A stretch of 64,000 nucleotides of DNA from Candidatus Moraniibacteriota bacterium. GTDB lineage: Bacteria > Patescibacteriota > Minisyncoccia > Moranbacterales > UBA1568. The notes under the pieces were generated by a model. The model did no database searches and was not told the DNA's origin. It was given only the letters and a program-made list of their open reading frames with translations. Position 1 is the first letter of the stretch, and each line of letters begins with the position of its first letter. A program made the translations under genes and the position numbers. Below, piece after piece: positions 9,801-18,986 of the stretch. The DNA lies in contig JBAQEZ010000003.1 in the NCBI GenBank assembly GCA_049287005.1, positions 393,745-457,744 of the forward strand, read 5' to 3'.

Positions 9801-10007
9801 CATGGCAGCATGGCCGGCATGGAGCGTGCCAGTGACGTTGGGCGGAGGAAGGACGATGGAAAATGGAGGTGCGCTCTTTTTCGTGATGCCTTTCTTGATG
9901 CAGGTGTCGGGGTTGAAAAAACCGCTCTCTTCCCAGAGGGCATAGAGCCTGTCTTCCCATTCCGGGGCATTATATGTTTTGGGAATTGCTTCGTTCATAT
10001 TCTCCAC
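6819..10007 (-). CDS. valS: valine--tRNA ligase carrying an in-frame histidine-phosphatase (PGM-like) domain insertion
   Basis: HIGH (HAGH), KMSKS, the CP1 editing domain and the DWCISRQ motif are present. About 180 aa with RHGE...SHGGAIR is inserted between the two CxxC pairs. Confidence 0.9.
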   Translation of the reverse strand: MENMNEAIPKTYNAPEWEDRLYALWEESGFFNPDTCIKKGITKKSAPPFSIVLPPPNVTGTLHAGHAAMLAIEDAIVRYHRMKGDRTLWIPGTDHAAIATQSKVEKMLLQEEGKTRHDLGREAFLTRVERFAQDSHDTIVNQCKKMGSSLDWSREAYTLDGKRSLAVRTAFHKMYADGLIYRGNRIVNWDPNLQTTVSDDEIEWKEEKIPFYYMQYGPFVISTARPETKFGDKYVVMHPEDERYKEYSDGQKIDVEWINGPITATVIKDAAIDREFGTGVMTITPWHDHTDFEIAERHHLDKEQIIDENGKLLPIAREFAGMPIAEARKKMVKKLEEKGLLVKIEENYIHNIAINSRGEGIIEPQIKKQWFVAVNKEFNRDGRKVTLKTLMQEAVTFKSITILPERFSRTYFHWIDNLRDWCISRQIWFGHRIPVWYCLSCQSEQINAAVQSKWFVVRHGETEGNVKRVTQGNSNTPLTEKGKKQVRETAEKLRDQHIALIISSDLGRCQETAQIIAEITGAPVEFDAAFRERHYGEAEGLTYEETQAKFPHSRAYDTEGNDIETYRAIEERLREAFAKHRNLHQNKNVVIVSHGGAIRMLIKHIKNLDPLDAVTRPGIKNAQLISLDILGAPCPRCGNDLFEQDTDTLDTWFSSGLWTFSTLGWPDTGTEDFTTYHPTNLLETGYDILFFWVARMILMTEYLLGMHPFDTVYLHGLVRDEQGRKMSKSLGNVIDPLTVSQQHGADALRMALVSSNTPGNDLKLSGEKIIAMRNFTNKLWNLARYVGTMSEKTDAEPEETSDADRYLMQKLHTIVRDTTRHLERYELSLATEELRDFTWGDFADWYVEIHKIEKNDALLRLAFDTILKLWHPFMPFVTEAIHQTFHFDESEFLMVSHWPAFPATPQEIADENRFELVKNLITAIRNTRAAYHIEPVQKMIVSVRGGSEKTIRDNEEVFKRLARVGEVRTVANDVPKNTLLIQAGLLQIFLHLEGIVDIAKERARFAKEKQEKTTYIASLATKLGNRNFIERAKPDIVAAEQLKLAEAKKQLANLEQHLSSLL

Positions 10008-10040
10008 GATATCAAGAAAAAGACTTTATTTCAAGGAAAA

Positions 10041-10604
10041 CTATGGTAATTGCGCCAGGATCACTCGGAAAATTTCGTCGCCGGAGGTCTGCCCTGTGAG
10101 GTGTTCGGGATGGAATTGTAGTCCCCAGAGCGGCCGGGTCGTGTGTTTGAAGATCTCGATTCCATCGGCGGACTCCGCCAGCACCCCGAATGCTGCGGGG
10201 AGTTTTTTGATTGCCCAGGCGTGTCCTTCGTAGGCCTGAAAGGGCGAGCGGATGCCGAGGAGTGTCGCTCCCGCTCTTGTCGGGGAGATGGTGAAGAGGC
10301 CTTGCCGCTTCTCTCCGAGGAAGGCGAGTTCTGCGTCGAAGGCGCTCGCGATCACCTGCGCGCCGAAACAGATACCGATGATCGGTTTGTCTGATCCGAG
10401 GACGATGCTCTTCTGAATGAGGAAAAATTCTTCGTATTCCGCGATAGGTGGAATATGCGTGCCACCGGAAAGAATGATGAGGTCGCGGCCGAGTGCATCG
10501 ATGGCGGAAAGTTCTTGCCAGGGTATGATCGTCGGAACATCCGGCAGCAGCTCGCATATTTTTTCGAGATGTGTCGTTTGGTTGTCGACGAGGAGAATGT
10601 TCAT
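10041..10604 (-). CDS. class I glutamine amidotransferase-like protein
   Basis: GICFGAQ nucleophile elbow and a C-terminal HPE block. Start at MNILLVDNQ. Confidence 0.6.
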   Translation of the reverse strand: MNILLVDNQTTHLEKICELLPDVPTIIPWQELSAIDALGRDLIILSGGTHIPPIAEYEEFFLIQKSIVLGSDKPIIGICFGAQVIASAFDAELAFLGEKRQGLFTISPTRAGATLLGIRSPFQAYEGHAWAIKKLPAAFGVLAESADGIEIFKHTTRPLWGLQFHPEHLTGQTSGDEIFRVILAQLP

Positions 10605-10608
10605 ATTT

Positions 10609-11838
10609 TTATGATTGTAGATTTTGTAATGGCAGGTTGGCATCGGGATCGAGGGTGAGGGGAGTGTCCATGAGCGCCGCTCTCTGTTTCTCATCCATGT
10701 GTTCGTAGCGCATGGCGGCGGCGATGCCGATCATGGCGGCATTGTCGAGCGAATAGGCGAACTCCGGCGTGCGGAACCGCGTGATGGGGAAATCACTTTG
10801 GATGAGGGTGGCGAGCCGCTCGCGTAAGCGCACGTTGGCCGATACTCCGCCGGCGATGACAAATGTCGGCGGTGCATAGAGGGCGAGGGCTTTGGCGGTC
10901 TTGGCCACCAGGACATCCACGACGGCTTCCTGAAACTCGTGGCACACCATAGCGATGAATCGTTCATTTTTCATTTCTATTTCGTGCTTTTTCAGAAAAT
11001 AAAGTACGGACGTTTTCAGCCCGGAAAAGGAAAAGTTAAAGTCATCGGAATTGATCATCGGACGCGGGAATTGGAAATTGGTAATTTCTTGGTGATTGGA
11101 TTTTGGTTCTTGGTGATTGTTGTTGCGAAAAGCATCTGCTTTTTCCGCAATAACCGGTCCCCCGGGATAGGGGAGACCCAAGAGCCTCGCCACTTTGTCG
11201 AAGGCTTCGCCGGCGGCATCATCCTGGGTTTCGCCGAGCAGAGTATAGTCGAAATGTTTCTGCATGAGCACGAGCTGTGTGTGTCCGCCGGAGACGATGA
11301 GCGCGATGAGGGGGAAGGTTGAATTTTGAAGTGATAATTCTGAATCAAGCTCTAATGATTGAATTTCAGAATTATGAATTGGAGCATTCGGATTTGTTTG
11401 TATCTTGGAGTTTGGTGCTTGGTGATTGCCAATAAAATTGGCGTAAATATGTCCCTCGAGATGCTGGATGCCGATGAGCGGTTTTTGCCACACCAGGGCC
11501 AAGGTTTTGGCGGCGCTGATGCCGACGATGAGGGCGGGCATCAGCCCCGGTCCTTCCGTCACGGCGATGAGATCGATATCGGCTGCTCGCATATTGGACT
11601 GAGCGAGGGTCTCTTCGATGACCGGGACGATGTTTTTCATATGCTCGCGCGAGGCCAAGGCAGGCACGACGCCGCCCCACTGGGCATGGAGGGCTATCTG
11701 CGAAGAAACCGTATTGGCGAGCACGGTAGCCTGACCGCTTGCCTTGGCGAATCCATCAGCCGATGGTGAAGACGGGTTCCATTCTATAATGGCGGCTGCT
11801 GTGTCATCGCAGGATGTTTCGATACTCAAAATGTGCAT
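10609..11838 (-). CDS. tsaD: tRNA N6-adenosine threonylcarbamoyltransferase TsaD with two low-complexity insertions
   Basis: MHILSIETSCDDT start, HLEGH, SGGHTQL, and the FSFSGLKT motif. Confidence 0.85.
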   Translation of the reverse strand: MHILSIETSCDDTAAAIIEWNPSSPSADGFAKASGQATVLANTVSSQIALHAQWGGVVPALASREHMKNIVPVIEETLAQSNMRAADIDLIAVTEGPGLMPALIVGISAAKTLALVWQKPLIGIQHLEGHIYANFIGNHQAPNSKIQTNPNAPIHNSEIQSLELDSELSLQNSTFPLIALIVSGGHTQLVLMQKHFDYTLLGETQDDAAGEAFDKVARLLGLPYPGGPVIAEKADAFRNNNHQEPKSNHQEITNFQFPRPMINSDDFNFSFSGLKTSVLYFLKKHEIEMKNERFIAMVCHEFQEAVVDVLVAKTAKALALYAPPTFVIAGGVSANVRLRERLATLIQSDFPITRFRTPEFAYSLDNAAMIGIAAAMRYEHMDEKQRAALMDTPLTLDPDANLPLQNLQS

Positions 11839-11844
11839 ATCTGT

Positions 11845-12381
11845 TTAATCGAGTCTTTTTATAATTTCGAGAGCAGTGATGCTTACTCCACGAGAAAGAA
11901 TTTCTTTCGTAGCGACATTGGGGAGCGATTGGGTATAGCGCCAGAGAATTTCTTTTTGTAAAGCGCTTACATTTTGGATATGACGGAATGAGTGAATAAA
12001 ATCTTCTTCTGTGAGCGCCTCGTAGGGAATGCACTCTCTGACGGCGATGCATTGAGCGATAAAACATTGAGAAAAATCAAGCAGGGGGAGCTGCTCATCG
12101 TTAGGACTGACAAAAAATCCATGCGTGATGATTTTCGGGAGAGCATAGATGCAGCCCGGTATATGGCCCGAAAGTTGTAAATTGAAATGGGTAAAAAGCT
12201 TGCCCTCTGGAAATTCGGTATAATCTTTCGTGTCGATGCGGATGACGCCATCAATCTGGAAACGCTTGTAGACGTCTTGCCAGGGGGCATTGACCGTGCG
12301 GCTATTTTCTACAAAAAGGCAGGCAGGGGAATTGGCATCGCGCGGGAGGATAGTCGCCATACGTTTTGGATAAAAAGTCAT
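11845..12381 (-). CDS. hypothetical protein (178 aa)
   Basis: Coherent ORF with a first ATG at 12381 (a TTG sits at 12384). No family recognised. Confidence 0.4.
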   Translation of the reverse strand: MTFYPKRMATILPRDANSPACLFVENSRTVNAPWQDVYKRFQIDGVIRIDTKDYTEFPEGKLFTHFNLQLSGHIPGCIYALPKIITHGFFVSPNDEQLPLLDFSQCFIAQCIAVRECIPYEALTEEDFIHSFRHIQNVSALQKEILWRYTQSLPNVATKEILSRGVSITALEIIKRLD

Positions 12382-12416
12382 CAAAGAAAGGAGTATACTG
12401 TAACTGTATCAAGCCT

Positions 12417-13013
12417 ATGACAAAGCGCAAGTATCACAAGCGAGCGGATGGAGAGAAAGCCGACGAGGAATTGGTCGTTTTGATATTGCACCGGGATCCG
12501 AGCTGCTTCGCGGAAATCGTCGCGCGCTACCAAAAGAAACTGCTGCTCTATCTGTGGCACCTGATCGGGAGGAGTGATGAGGTGGAGGATCTGCTCCAGA
12601 ATGTGTTCGCCAAAGTCTTCGAGCATCTGGCGGATTTCGATACCACGCGCCAGTTTTCCCCTTGGATCTATCGCATCGCGCACAATGAGGCGGTCAATTA
12701 CCTGAAGAAACAGAGTTACCGCCATTTGGTCGATTGGGAGACGCTCGCGGACACCAAGGACAAGCTCGCTCTGGCGGACGAACGGGAAACGCCGTTCGAA
12801 ACACAGATGCGAGACGAAGCGCGTATCGCCGTGCGGAGAGCCCTCAACACACTGCCGAAAAAAGACCGTGATATCCTTCAGCTGCGCTATTATCTGGATA
12901 AGTCATACGCCGAGATGAGTCAGCTCCTCCATAAACCGGAAAACACCATCGCCAGCATGCTCTCTCGCGCCAAGAAAAAGCTGCTGGACGAGCTGAAAAT
13001 CACACAGAAATAA
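12417..13013 (+). CDS. RNA polymerase sigma-70 family (ECF/sigma-24-type) sigma factor
   Basis: Region 2 (LLLYLWHLIGRSDEVEDLLQNVFAKVF...FSPWIYRIAHNEAVNYL) and region 4 (DILQLRYYLDKSYAEMSQLLHKPENTIASMLSRAKKKL). The start is uncertain (TTG at 12366 or ATG at 12417). Confidence 0.8.
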   Translation: MTKRKYHKRADGEKADEELVVLILHRDPSCFAEIVARYQKKLLLYLWHLIGRSDEVEDLLQNVFAKVFEHLADFDTTRQFSPWIYRIAHNEAVNYLKKQSYRHLVDWETLADTKDKLALADERETPFETQMRDEARIAVRRALNTLPKKDRDILQLRYYLDKSYAEMSQLLHKPENTIASMLSRAKKKLLDELKITQK

Positions 13014-13104
13014 TTCTGCATCACAAAGGCTTGCTCTTGCCAGAATGTCTTTTTATGTTACTATACCAAGGCAGTTGAGAAGCTGCTTTTTCTTTTGGCC
13101 TTTT

Positions 13105-13176
13105 GGCCCCATCGTCTATCGGTTAGGACACCAGGTTTTCATCCTGGGAAGAGGGGTTCGACTCCCCTTGGGGCTA
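13105..13176 (+). tRNA. tRNA-Glu (anticodon TTC)
   Basis: Acceptor GGCCCCA/TGGGGCT (G1-U72), anticodon loop TTTTCAT, T-loop TTCGACT. Confidence 0.8.
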
Positions 13177-13299
13177 CAAGTACCAATAAAAACACCCTCC
13201 GAAAGGAGTGGTGTTTTTTGTTGACAAACATTTGCAAGTTTCGCATACTATGAAAGCTATTCCACATGGGTAGCACATTTTTTCTGATAAGGAGAAGTG

Positions 13300-13596
13300 A
13301 TGTCAAACAGTCGCTACGCAAGTATTCTCAATCATCTCGCGACCAATGGTCGCATGGGATTGAGGAAGATCAAGACATTGGTCAACCGGGATTCGGGTGA
13401 CCGGCATCCTATTACGATTTTCCGGCTTGATATGTACCAGCTCATCCACGTGCGTGGAGTGGTGCAGTGTACGCAGGAGAAGGGCCGTGGGTTTTACTCG
13501 CTCACGCGACTCGGGGAATTGGTGACGAGCCTCGCCAAGAGCTCGATGCCTCATAAGAAGAAGCTGGTTTACCGCGAACAGCGAGCGGGCATATAG
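13300..13596 (+). CDS. small putative winged-helix DNA-binding protein (98 aa)
   Basis: Strong RBS AAGGAGAA 5 nt upstream of the ATG. A helix-turn-wing pattern is guessed from the sequence; family unknown. Confidence 0.4.
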   Translation: MSNSRYASILNHLATNGRMGLRKIKTLVNRDSGDRHPITIFRLDMYQLIHVRGVVQCTQEKGRGFYSLTRLGELVTSLAKSSMPHKKKLVYREQRAGI

Positions 13597-13650
13597 CCAA
13601 GCGTTGCAATGCAACGCAATAGAACGAGACCTTCACGGGGGCCTCGTTCT

Positions 13651-14928
13651 TTAACTTTTTATGGAAGTATCGGGAAGTTCGAGAGCATTGGTTTGGCAGA
13701 TTTTCGCATAGGCGAGGGCGCTCTGGCGGACGGTACGTTTCTGGGTAGGGTAATCGATAGCCACTAGGCCGAAGCGCGGCCAGAAACCTTTGTCCCATTC
13801 GAAGTTGTCGAGGAGCGACCAGTAGAAATAGCCGCGCACGTCCGCTCCTTCCTCGATGGCTCGGTGTACCCACCGCAGATGTTCGCGGATAAAGGCCGTG
13901 CGTTTCTCATCGGGCGCATCGGCCAAGCCGTTTTCGGTGATGTAAATCGGGAGATGGAATTTTTCGAGCCATTTCAAGATGTGGTAGAGGCCTTCGGGAT
14001 AGATTTCCCAACCGAGATCGCTTTCCGGATGATCGACGTTGTGCGTGCGAGTGATGAATTTCAATCGGGTATGAAAGTAGTATTGCGCGGTGAGAAAATC
14101 ATGGTGTCCGCGCGTGAGACGAAGCATGTACTTGTCGGTCAAGAAACGTGCGATGTGGACGCTGAGACTGTCGATGAAGAATTTCTTGCGATAGGGGACG
14201 AAAGACTGGAGCACGTTGGCGAAGCCGACCTGGGCTTCGTTGTCGATGGCGTGAATGGCATGGTAAGCGCGTTTATGCGCGGCGGCCAATGTATGGAAAA
14301 CACGATAGGCCGCGAGGAGACTTTTTTTCTGCGGAGGCCATGTGCCGGCCACATAGGCAGCGCCGATGACGGAAGTCGGTTCATTCAAAGTGACCCAAAA
14401 CTTCACTTGGCCGCGCAGACGCGTGACGACAAAGCGCACGTAGCGTTCGAAAAAGACGGCGAATTCCTTTGTTTCCGGCCCGCCTTTTTCTGCCAGCCAC
14501 AGGGGATTGGTCCAGTGCCAGAGCGTCACGAAAGGTTCGATACCGCGTTCTCGGAGTGCCGAGATGACCGTGCGGTAATGCTCGATGGCTTCTTCGTTGA
14601 ACTGCCCTTCCTCCGGTTCGATGCGTGACCATTCGACGGAGAAGCGATGAGCGTTCTGGTGGAGCGACTGGGCAATGTCGAAGTCTTCGCGGAAGCGGTG
14701 GTAGTGGTCGCAGGTCAGCCCGGAAATATAGTTCTGCGGATTCTCGGCCTGGGGCTTGAGTCGTTCCCAGTGAGCGAGGTGGCCGAATTTGCCCGCGGAT
14801 TCTTGGGCGAGGCGTGCGGCGTTCTGTTTCTCCCATTCCGACCAATCGTTGTGGTTGTTGCCTTCCACCTGATGAGCGGAGGTGGCGGCGCCCCAATAGA
14901 ATTTTTCCGGAAATTTGAGAGTGGTCAT
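13651..14928 (-). CDS. GH1 family beta-glucosidase
   Basis: YWGAATSAHQVEG N-terminus, acid/base TLNEP, nucleophile YITENG. Start at MTTLKF. Confidence 0.85.
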   Translation of the reverse strand: MTTLKFPEKFYWGAATSAHQVEGNNHNDWSEWEKQNAARLAQESAGKFGHLAHWERLKPQAENPQNYISGLTCDHYHRFREDFDIAQSLHQNAHRFSVEWSRIEPEEGQFNEEAIEHYRTVISALRERGIEPFVTLWHWTNPLWLAEKGGPETKEFAVFFERYVRFVVTRLRGQVKFWVTLNEPTSVIGAAYVAGTWPPQKKSLLAAYRVFHTLAAAHKRAYHAIHAIDNEAQVGFANVLQSFVPYRKKFFIDSLSVHIARFLTDKYMLRLTRGHHDFLTAQYYFHTRLKFITRTHNVDHPESDLGWEIYPEGLYHILKWLEKFHLPIYITENGLADAPDEKRTAFIREHLRWVHRAIEEGADVRGYFYWSLLDNFEWDKGFWPRFGLVAIDYPTQKRTVRQSALAYAKICQTNALELPDTSIKS

Positions 14929-15031
14929 GGGCGTGTCGTGAAAGATAAAGTGTTGCCAGAATGGCTTGTCTCTGGTATCATACCACATTTGCAAGAACAA
15001 GGGGTTTCCGCAGTGCTATAATGGAACGCAT

Positions 15032-16741
15032 ATGTCGCAAATACTTTCTCAAAATTTTTCTTTTCCTGATCCCAAGACCAGGGAGCCTGCCAAGCGGCGA
15101 GTGCAGCGAGCCATCGAAATGATTCCTGGCCTGATGACGTGGACGACGCTTTTGGGCATGGTGGCGATCTCGTTTCTTATCCCGGTCTGGGCGGCCATTT
15201 TTGTGATCGTTTTCGATATTTACTGGATCTATAAGGCGTTCTATATCTCCATTTTTTCCTTGGCCGGACAGCGTGATGTCGTCGAAGGCAAGCGGATCAA
15301 TTGGTGGGAGCGCTGTCAGAATATCGCTCATCCGGAAAAATACAGCGAAATGCTCAAGGAGCGTACCAAGAGTCTGTATGCCAGCATGAAAGAAATGTCC
15401 TTCTCGGCTGTGCGCAATCGCCACACCGTGAGAAAAGAAATCCAGCGTCTGAAAAAAATCCGCCGAGAGACACGAGCGTTGATTCCTCTCAGAGATCAGA
15501 TCATGGATTGGCGCGACGTGATCCATGTTGTTCTCTTGCCGACAGCGGGAGAGCCGGCCGAGATTATCGAACCGGCCCTCCAGTCGCTTGCAGAGAGCAA
15601 TTTTCCCAAAGAGCAGATGATCATTTTGCTTGCGACGGAAGAGCGAGAGAGTCCGGAAACGCGTTTGCCGAAAGTCGAATATCTGAAGAAAAAGTTTGAT
15701 GGGGTATTCCGAGAGTTTCTCGTGACGACTCATATCGTGGCTGCCGGCGAAATGAAATGCAAAGCCTCGAATGCCGGGTTCGCGGCGCGCGAGCTGATGA
15801 AATATCTGGACGAGCGCAATATTGATTACAAGCGCGTCGTGTTTTCCAATTTCGATTGCGATAGTGTGGCACATCCGGAATATTTCGCGGCACTGACGTA
15901 TGAATACATCATCGATCCCAAACGCTTACAGCGCGCCTATCAGCCGCTTCCCATGTATCACAACAACCTCTGGGACACCAATGCCTTCGTGCGTTTGGTG
16001 GTGACCGGATCCTCTTTTTGGCACCTGTATCAGAGTACGCGGCGGGAGATGGTGACCTTTTCATCGCACTCGGAACCGTTCGACACGCTGGTCAAAGTGG
16101 GCTTTTGGCCGGTCAATATGATCAGCGAGGACTCGGTGATTTATTGGAAATGTCTGGCCTATTTTCATGGCGACTATCGTGTGCAGCCGATTCATCTGCC
16201 TCTTTCCCTGGACGCGGTGCTGGCGGAGACGTATTGGAAAACATTGGTCAATCAGTACAAGCAGAAACGCCGCTGGGCATACGGTATCGAGAATTTTCCC
16301 GTGACGATGCGCGCCATCTGGCCGGACAAGCTGATCGCGTTCCGAACCAAGCTGCGCGTAACGTTCGAGATGTTGGAAGGGCATTATTCATGGGCGACGA
16401 CATCGTTCATCCTGACGTTTCTCGGATGGCTGCCGCTCCTTTTCGGTGGAGCCGCCTTCCGTGAGAGCGTGTTGGCACATAATCTGCCTTTCGTGACCAA
16501 GACGCTCATGACGCTGGGCATGATGGGACTCTTCGTTTCGATCCCGATGTCTCTCCTGTCGCTGCCGCCGCGCCCGAAACGTTATCACTGGTCGCGTCAT
16601 TTTCTCATGCTGTTCCAATGGATTCTGATCCCGCTCGTCGGTTTCCTCTCCGCTTTCCCCGCCATCGATTCGCAGACGCGCATCTTGCTGGGTAAATATT
16701 TCGGTGAATTTTGGGTGACGGAGAAAATGAGGAAGTCATAG
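15032..16741 (+). CDS. membrane-embedded processive family-2 glycosyltransferase (cellulose/chitin/hyaluronan-synthase-like)
   Basis: N-terminal TM helices, DxD (FDCDS), the Q(K)RRWAYG (QxxRW) motif, and C-terminal TM helices. A TATAAT box lies 11 nt upstream of the ATG. Confidence 0.75.
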   Translation: MSQILSQNFSFPDPKTREPAKRRVQRAIEMIPGLMTWTTLLGMVAISFLIPVWAAIFVIVFDIYWIYKAFYISIFSLAGQRDVVEGKRINWWERCQNIAHPEKYSEMLKERTKSLYASMKEMSFSAVRNRHTVRKEIQRLKKIRRETRALIPLRDQIMDWRDVIHVVLLPTAGEPAEIIEPALQSLAESNFPKEQMIILLATEERESPETRLPKVEYLKKKFDGVFREFLVTTHIVAAGEMKCKASNAGFAARELMKYLDERNIDYKRVVFSNFDCDSVAHPEYFAALTYEYIIDPKRLQRAYQPLPMYHNNLWDTNAFVRLVVTGSSFWHLYQSTRREMVTFSSHSEPFDTLVKVGFWPVNMISEDSVIYWKCLAYFHGDYRVQPIHLPLSLDAVLAETYWKTLVNQYKQKRRWAYGIENFPVTMRAIWPDKLIAFRTKLRVTFEMLEGHYSWATTSFILTFLGWLPLLFGGAAFRESVLAHNLPFVTKTLMTLGMMGLFVSIPMSLLSLPPRPKRYHWSRHFLMLFQWILIPLVGFLSAFPAIDSQTRILLGKYFGEFWVTEKMRKS

Positions 16742-16898
16742 GACGGATGCAAGATGCAGGATGTCTGATGCAAGATATCGCTCATCGCTTATCCATGATC
16801 TTGTATCCTCATCGAAGAAAAGATGGTTTTACAAAAAAAATTGAAAGGGCTTCGTCCGAATGGATGGAGCCCTTTCAATTTTTTTAGAAACGCAACTT

Positions 16899-18986
16899 CT
16901 ATTCGAGATGAATCTTTTCCTCGAATTTCTGCAAAGCAGACTTGAGAAGAGGATGACGAGTAAGTTCGGCGTCTTCGGAAAGAATGAGCTTGGCTTCTTC
17001 GCGCGCGATCGTGATGAGTTTGAGGTTGGTGAGGTTTTCCATGGCGATATCAGGCATACCTGACTGGCGCGTGCCGAAGAATGCTCCTGGTCCGCGGAAC
17101 GCGAGGTCGGCTTCGGCGATCTCGAAACCGCTCGTGGTTTTTTCCAGTATTTTCAATCTTTCGTTTATCGAAGCAGCTTGTTCGTGAGGGAAAAGAAAAC
17201 AATATGACTGGTGTTCTGCACGGCCGACACGTCCACGGAATTGATGCAGTTGAGCCAGTCCGAAACGCTCCGCTTCTTCGATGATGATAATACTGGCATT
17301 AGGAACATCGATACCGACTTCCACGACCGCGGTCGCGACGAGGATATCATATTTTTTCTTCTGAAAATCGCGCATCATTTCTTCTTTTTCTTTGGCTTTC
17401 ATTTTTCCGTGGAGTAGGCCGATAGAGAGATGCGGGAATACAGTTTCTGCGAGATGCCGGTGTTCGGCAACAGCGGCTTTGATTTCTTTCAGGGCGAGAG
17501 ATTCTTCGACGAGGGGGAAAATAACGAAGATTTGGCGACCTTTGGCGACCTCACTCTGGACAAAAGCATATATTTTTTCCCGATCTCCCGGTGTTCGAGC
17601 AATTTTGGTAATGATCGGTTTGCGATTTTTTGGTAGTTCGTCGAGAAGTGAGAGGTCGAGATTGCCGAAAAACGCGAGGGTGAGCGTGCGCGGAATAGGC
17701 GTGGCGGTCATGCTCAAAAAGTGAGGCACGACTTCCCTGGATCCATCCAGGCTGTTATACGAAAGCTCCTGTAAGCGGGCTCTTTGCGAGACGCCGAAAC
17801 GATGCTGTTCATCTACGACGATGAGGGCGAGGCTATCGAAAGCCACGTCGTCTTGCAAGAGCGCATGGGTACCGATAATGATTTTCGGAATGCCGGCGCT
17901 TATGGCCTGAAGCAACGTCGGACGTGTCACTGTCTTGTCATCGAGGATACGATAACTGCCCGTGAGCAGGGCGAGGCCATGGTTCGTGGTAGAAAAAATA
18001 TGCGAGAGATTCTCGAAATGTTGGCGAGCCAGCACCTCGGTCGGAGCCAGAATGACGGTTTGCGATCCCTGCTCCGCGGCGACAAAAGCAGCCATCGCGG
18101 CGACGATGGTTTTGCCGCTCCCGACGTCGCCGTTCAAGAGCCGATTCATCGGCCGTTTTTTGCCGAGATCAGCGAGAATTTCCAGGCTGGCTTTCTGTTG
18201 AGCCTTCGTCAGAGTAAAGGGGAAAGAGTCGACGAATTCTTTGAGGGTTGTTTCATCATAAGAAAGAGGATGCCCTCGAGCTGTTTCAAAAAGCGCTTTC
18301 ACTTGGAGGGCTTTGAGTTGTACGAAAAACATCTCGTCGAACGCGAAGCGTTTGCGTGCCAGGAGCTCATGTTTCTGATCCTTGGGAAAATGAATGAAGG
18401 AGAGGGCTTGCTTGAGCGAGGGGAGATGCAGGCGGTTCAGGATCTCTTCCGGCACGGGATCGGGGAAAGACTCCAGTTTTTGGAAGATGCCGGTCAGCTG
18501 CCAGCGAAAAAAACGAGATGTCAGCCCGGCGGTTTCCGGATAGACAGGTACGAGACGTCCGGTGTGCGTAGCATCGCGCGAGGAACGTTCGAAAGCGGGA
18601 TTGGTGAGGAGTAGTCCTTTGCCATTGCGGATCACTTTGCCGCTGACGCGGATTCGCATATTCTGTTGCAACGTTTGTGCGACGAAACGCTGATTGAACC
18701 AGATGAGACGTATCTGTCCGCTCTCATCCTCGAGCGTCGCTTCGGTGAGAAACATTTTTTTCTTCCAGGTACGGCCGGCCTCGATGTGCGTCACCGCTCC
18801 CTCGATGGTACATTTTTCATCGGGCGCGAGAGAGCGGATGAGGCGGATTTCCGAATAATCTTCGTAGCGATGCGGGAAGTGATAGAGCATGTCTCCCACA
18901 GTAAAAATCCCCAGACGTTCCAGTTTCCCGAGCGTCAGTTTTTTGATCGAAGCGATGTGTGAGAGCGGAGTATCGAAAGTGAGCAT
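16899..18986 (-). CDS. recG: ATP-dependent DNA helicase RecG
   Basis: Wedge domain, Walker A GDVGSGKT, DEQHRFG, and the TATPIPRT motif. Start at MLTFDTPL. Confidence 0.9.
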   Translation of the reverse strand: MLTFDTPLSHIASIKKLTLGKLERLGIFTVGDMLYHFPHRYEDYSEIRLIRSLAPDEKCTIEGAVTHIEAGRTWKKKMFLTEATLEDESGQIRLIWFNQRFVAQTLQQNMRIRVSGKVIRNGKGLLLTNPAFERSSRDATHTGRLVPVYPETAGLTSRFFRWQLTGIFQKLESFPDPVPEEILNRLHLPSLKQALSFIHFPKDQKHELLARKRFAFDEMFFVQLKALQVKALFETARGHPLSYDETTLKEFVDSFPFTLTKAQQKASLEILADLGKKRPMNRLLNGDVGSGKTIVAAMAAFVAAEQGSQTVILAPTEVLARQHFENLSHIFSTTNHGLALLTGSYRILDDKTVTRPTLLQAISAGIPKIIIGTHALLQDDVAFDSLALIVVDEQHRFGVSQRARLQELSYNSLDGSREVVPHFLSMTATPIPRTLTLAFFGNLDLSLLDELPKNRKPIITKIARTPGDREKIYAFVQSEVAKGRQIFVIFPLVEESLALKEIKAAVAEHRHLAETVFPHLSIGLLHGKMKAKEKEEMMRDFQKKKYDILVATAVVEVGIDVPNASIIIIEEAERFGLAQLHQFRGRVGRAEHQSYCFLFPHEQAASINERLKILEKTTSGFEIAEADLAFRGPGAFFGTRQSGMPDIAMENLTNLKLITIAREEAKLILSEDAELTRHPLLKSALQKFEEKIHLE

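Noticed and set aside
13139-13321. 60-aa ORF on the - strand
   Set aside because: Overlaps tRNA-Glu(TTC).
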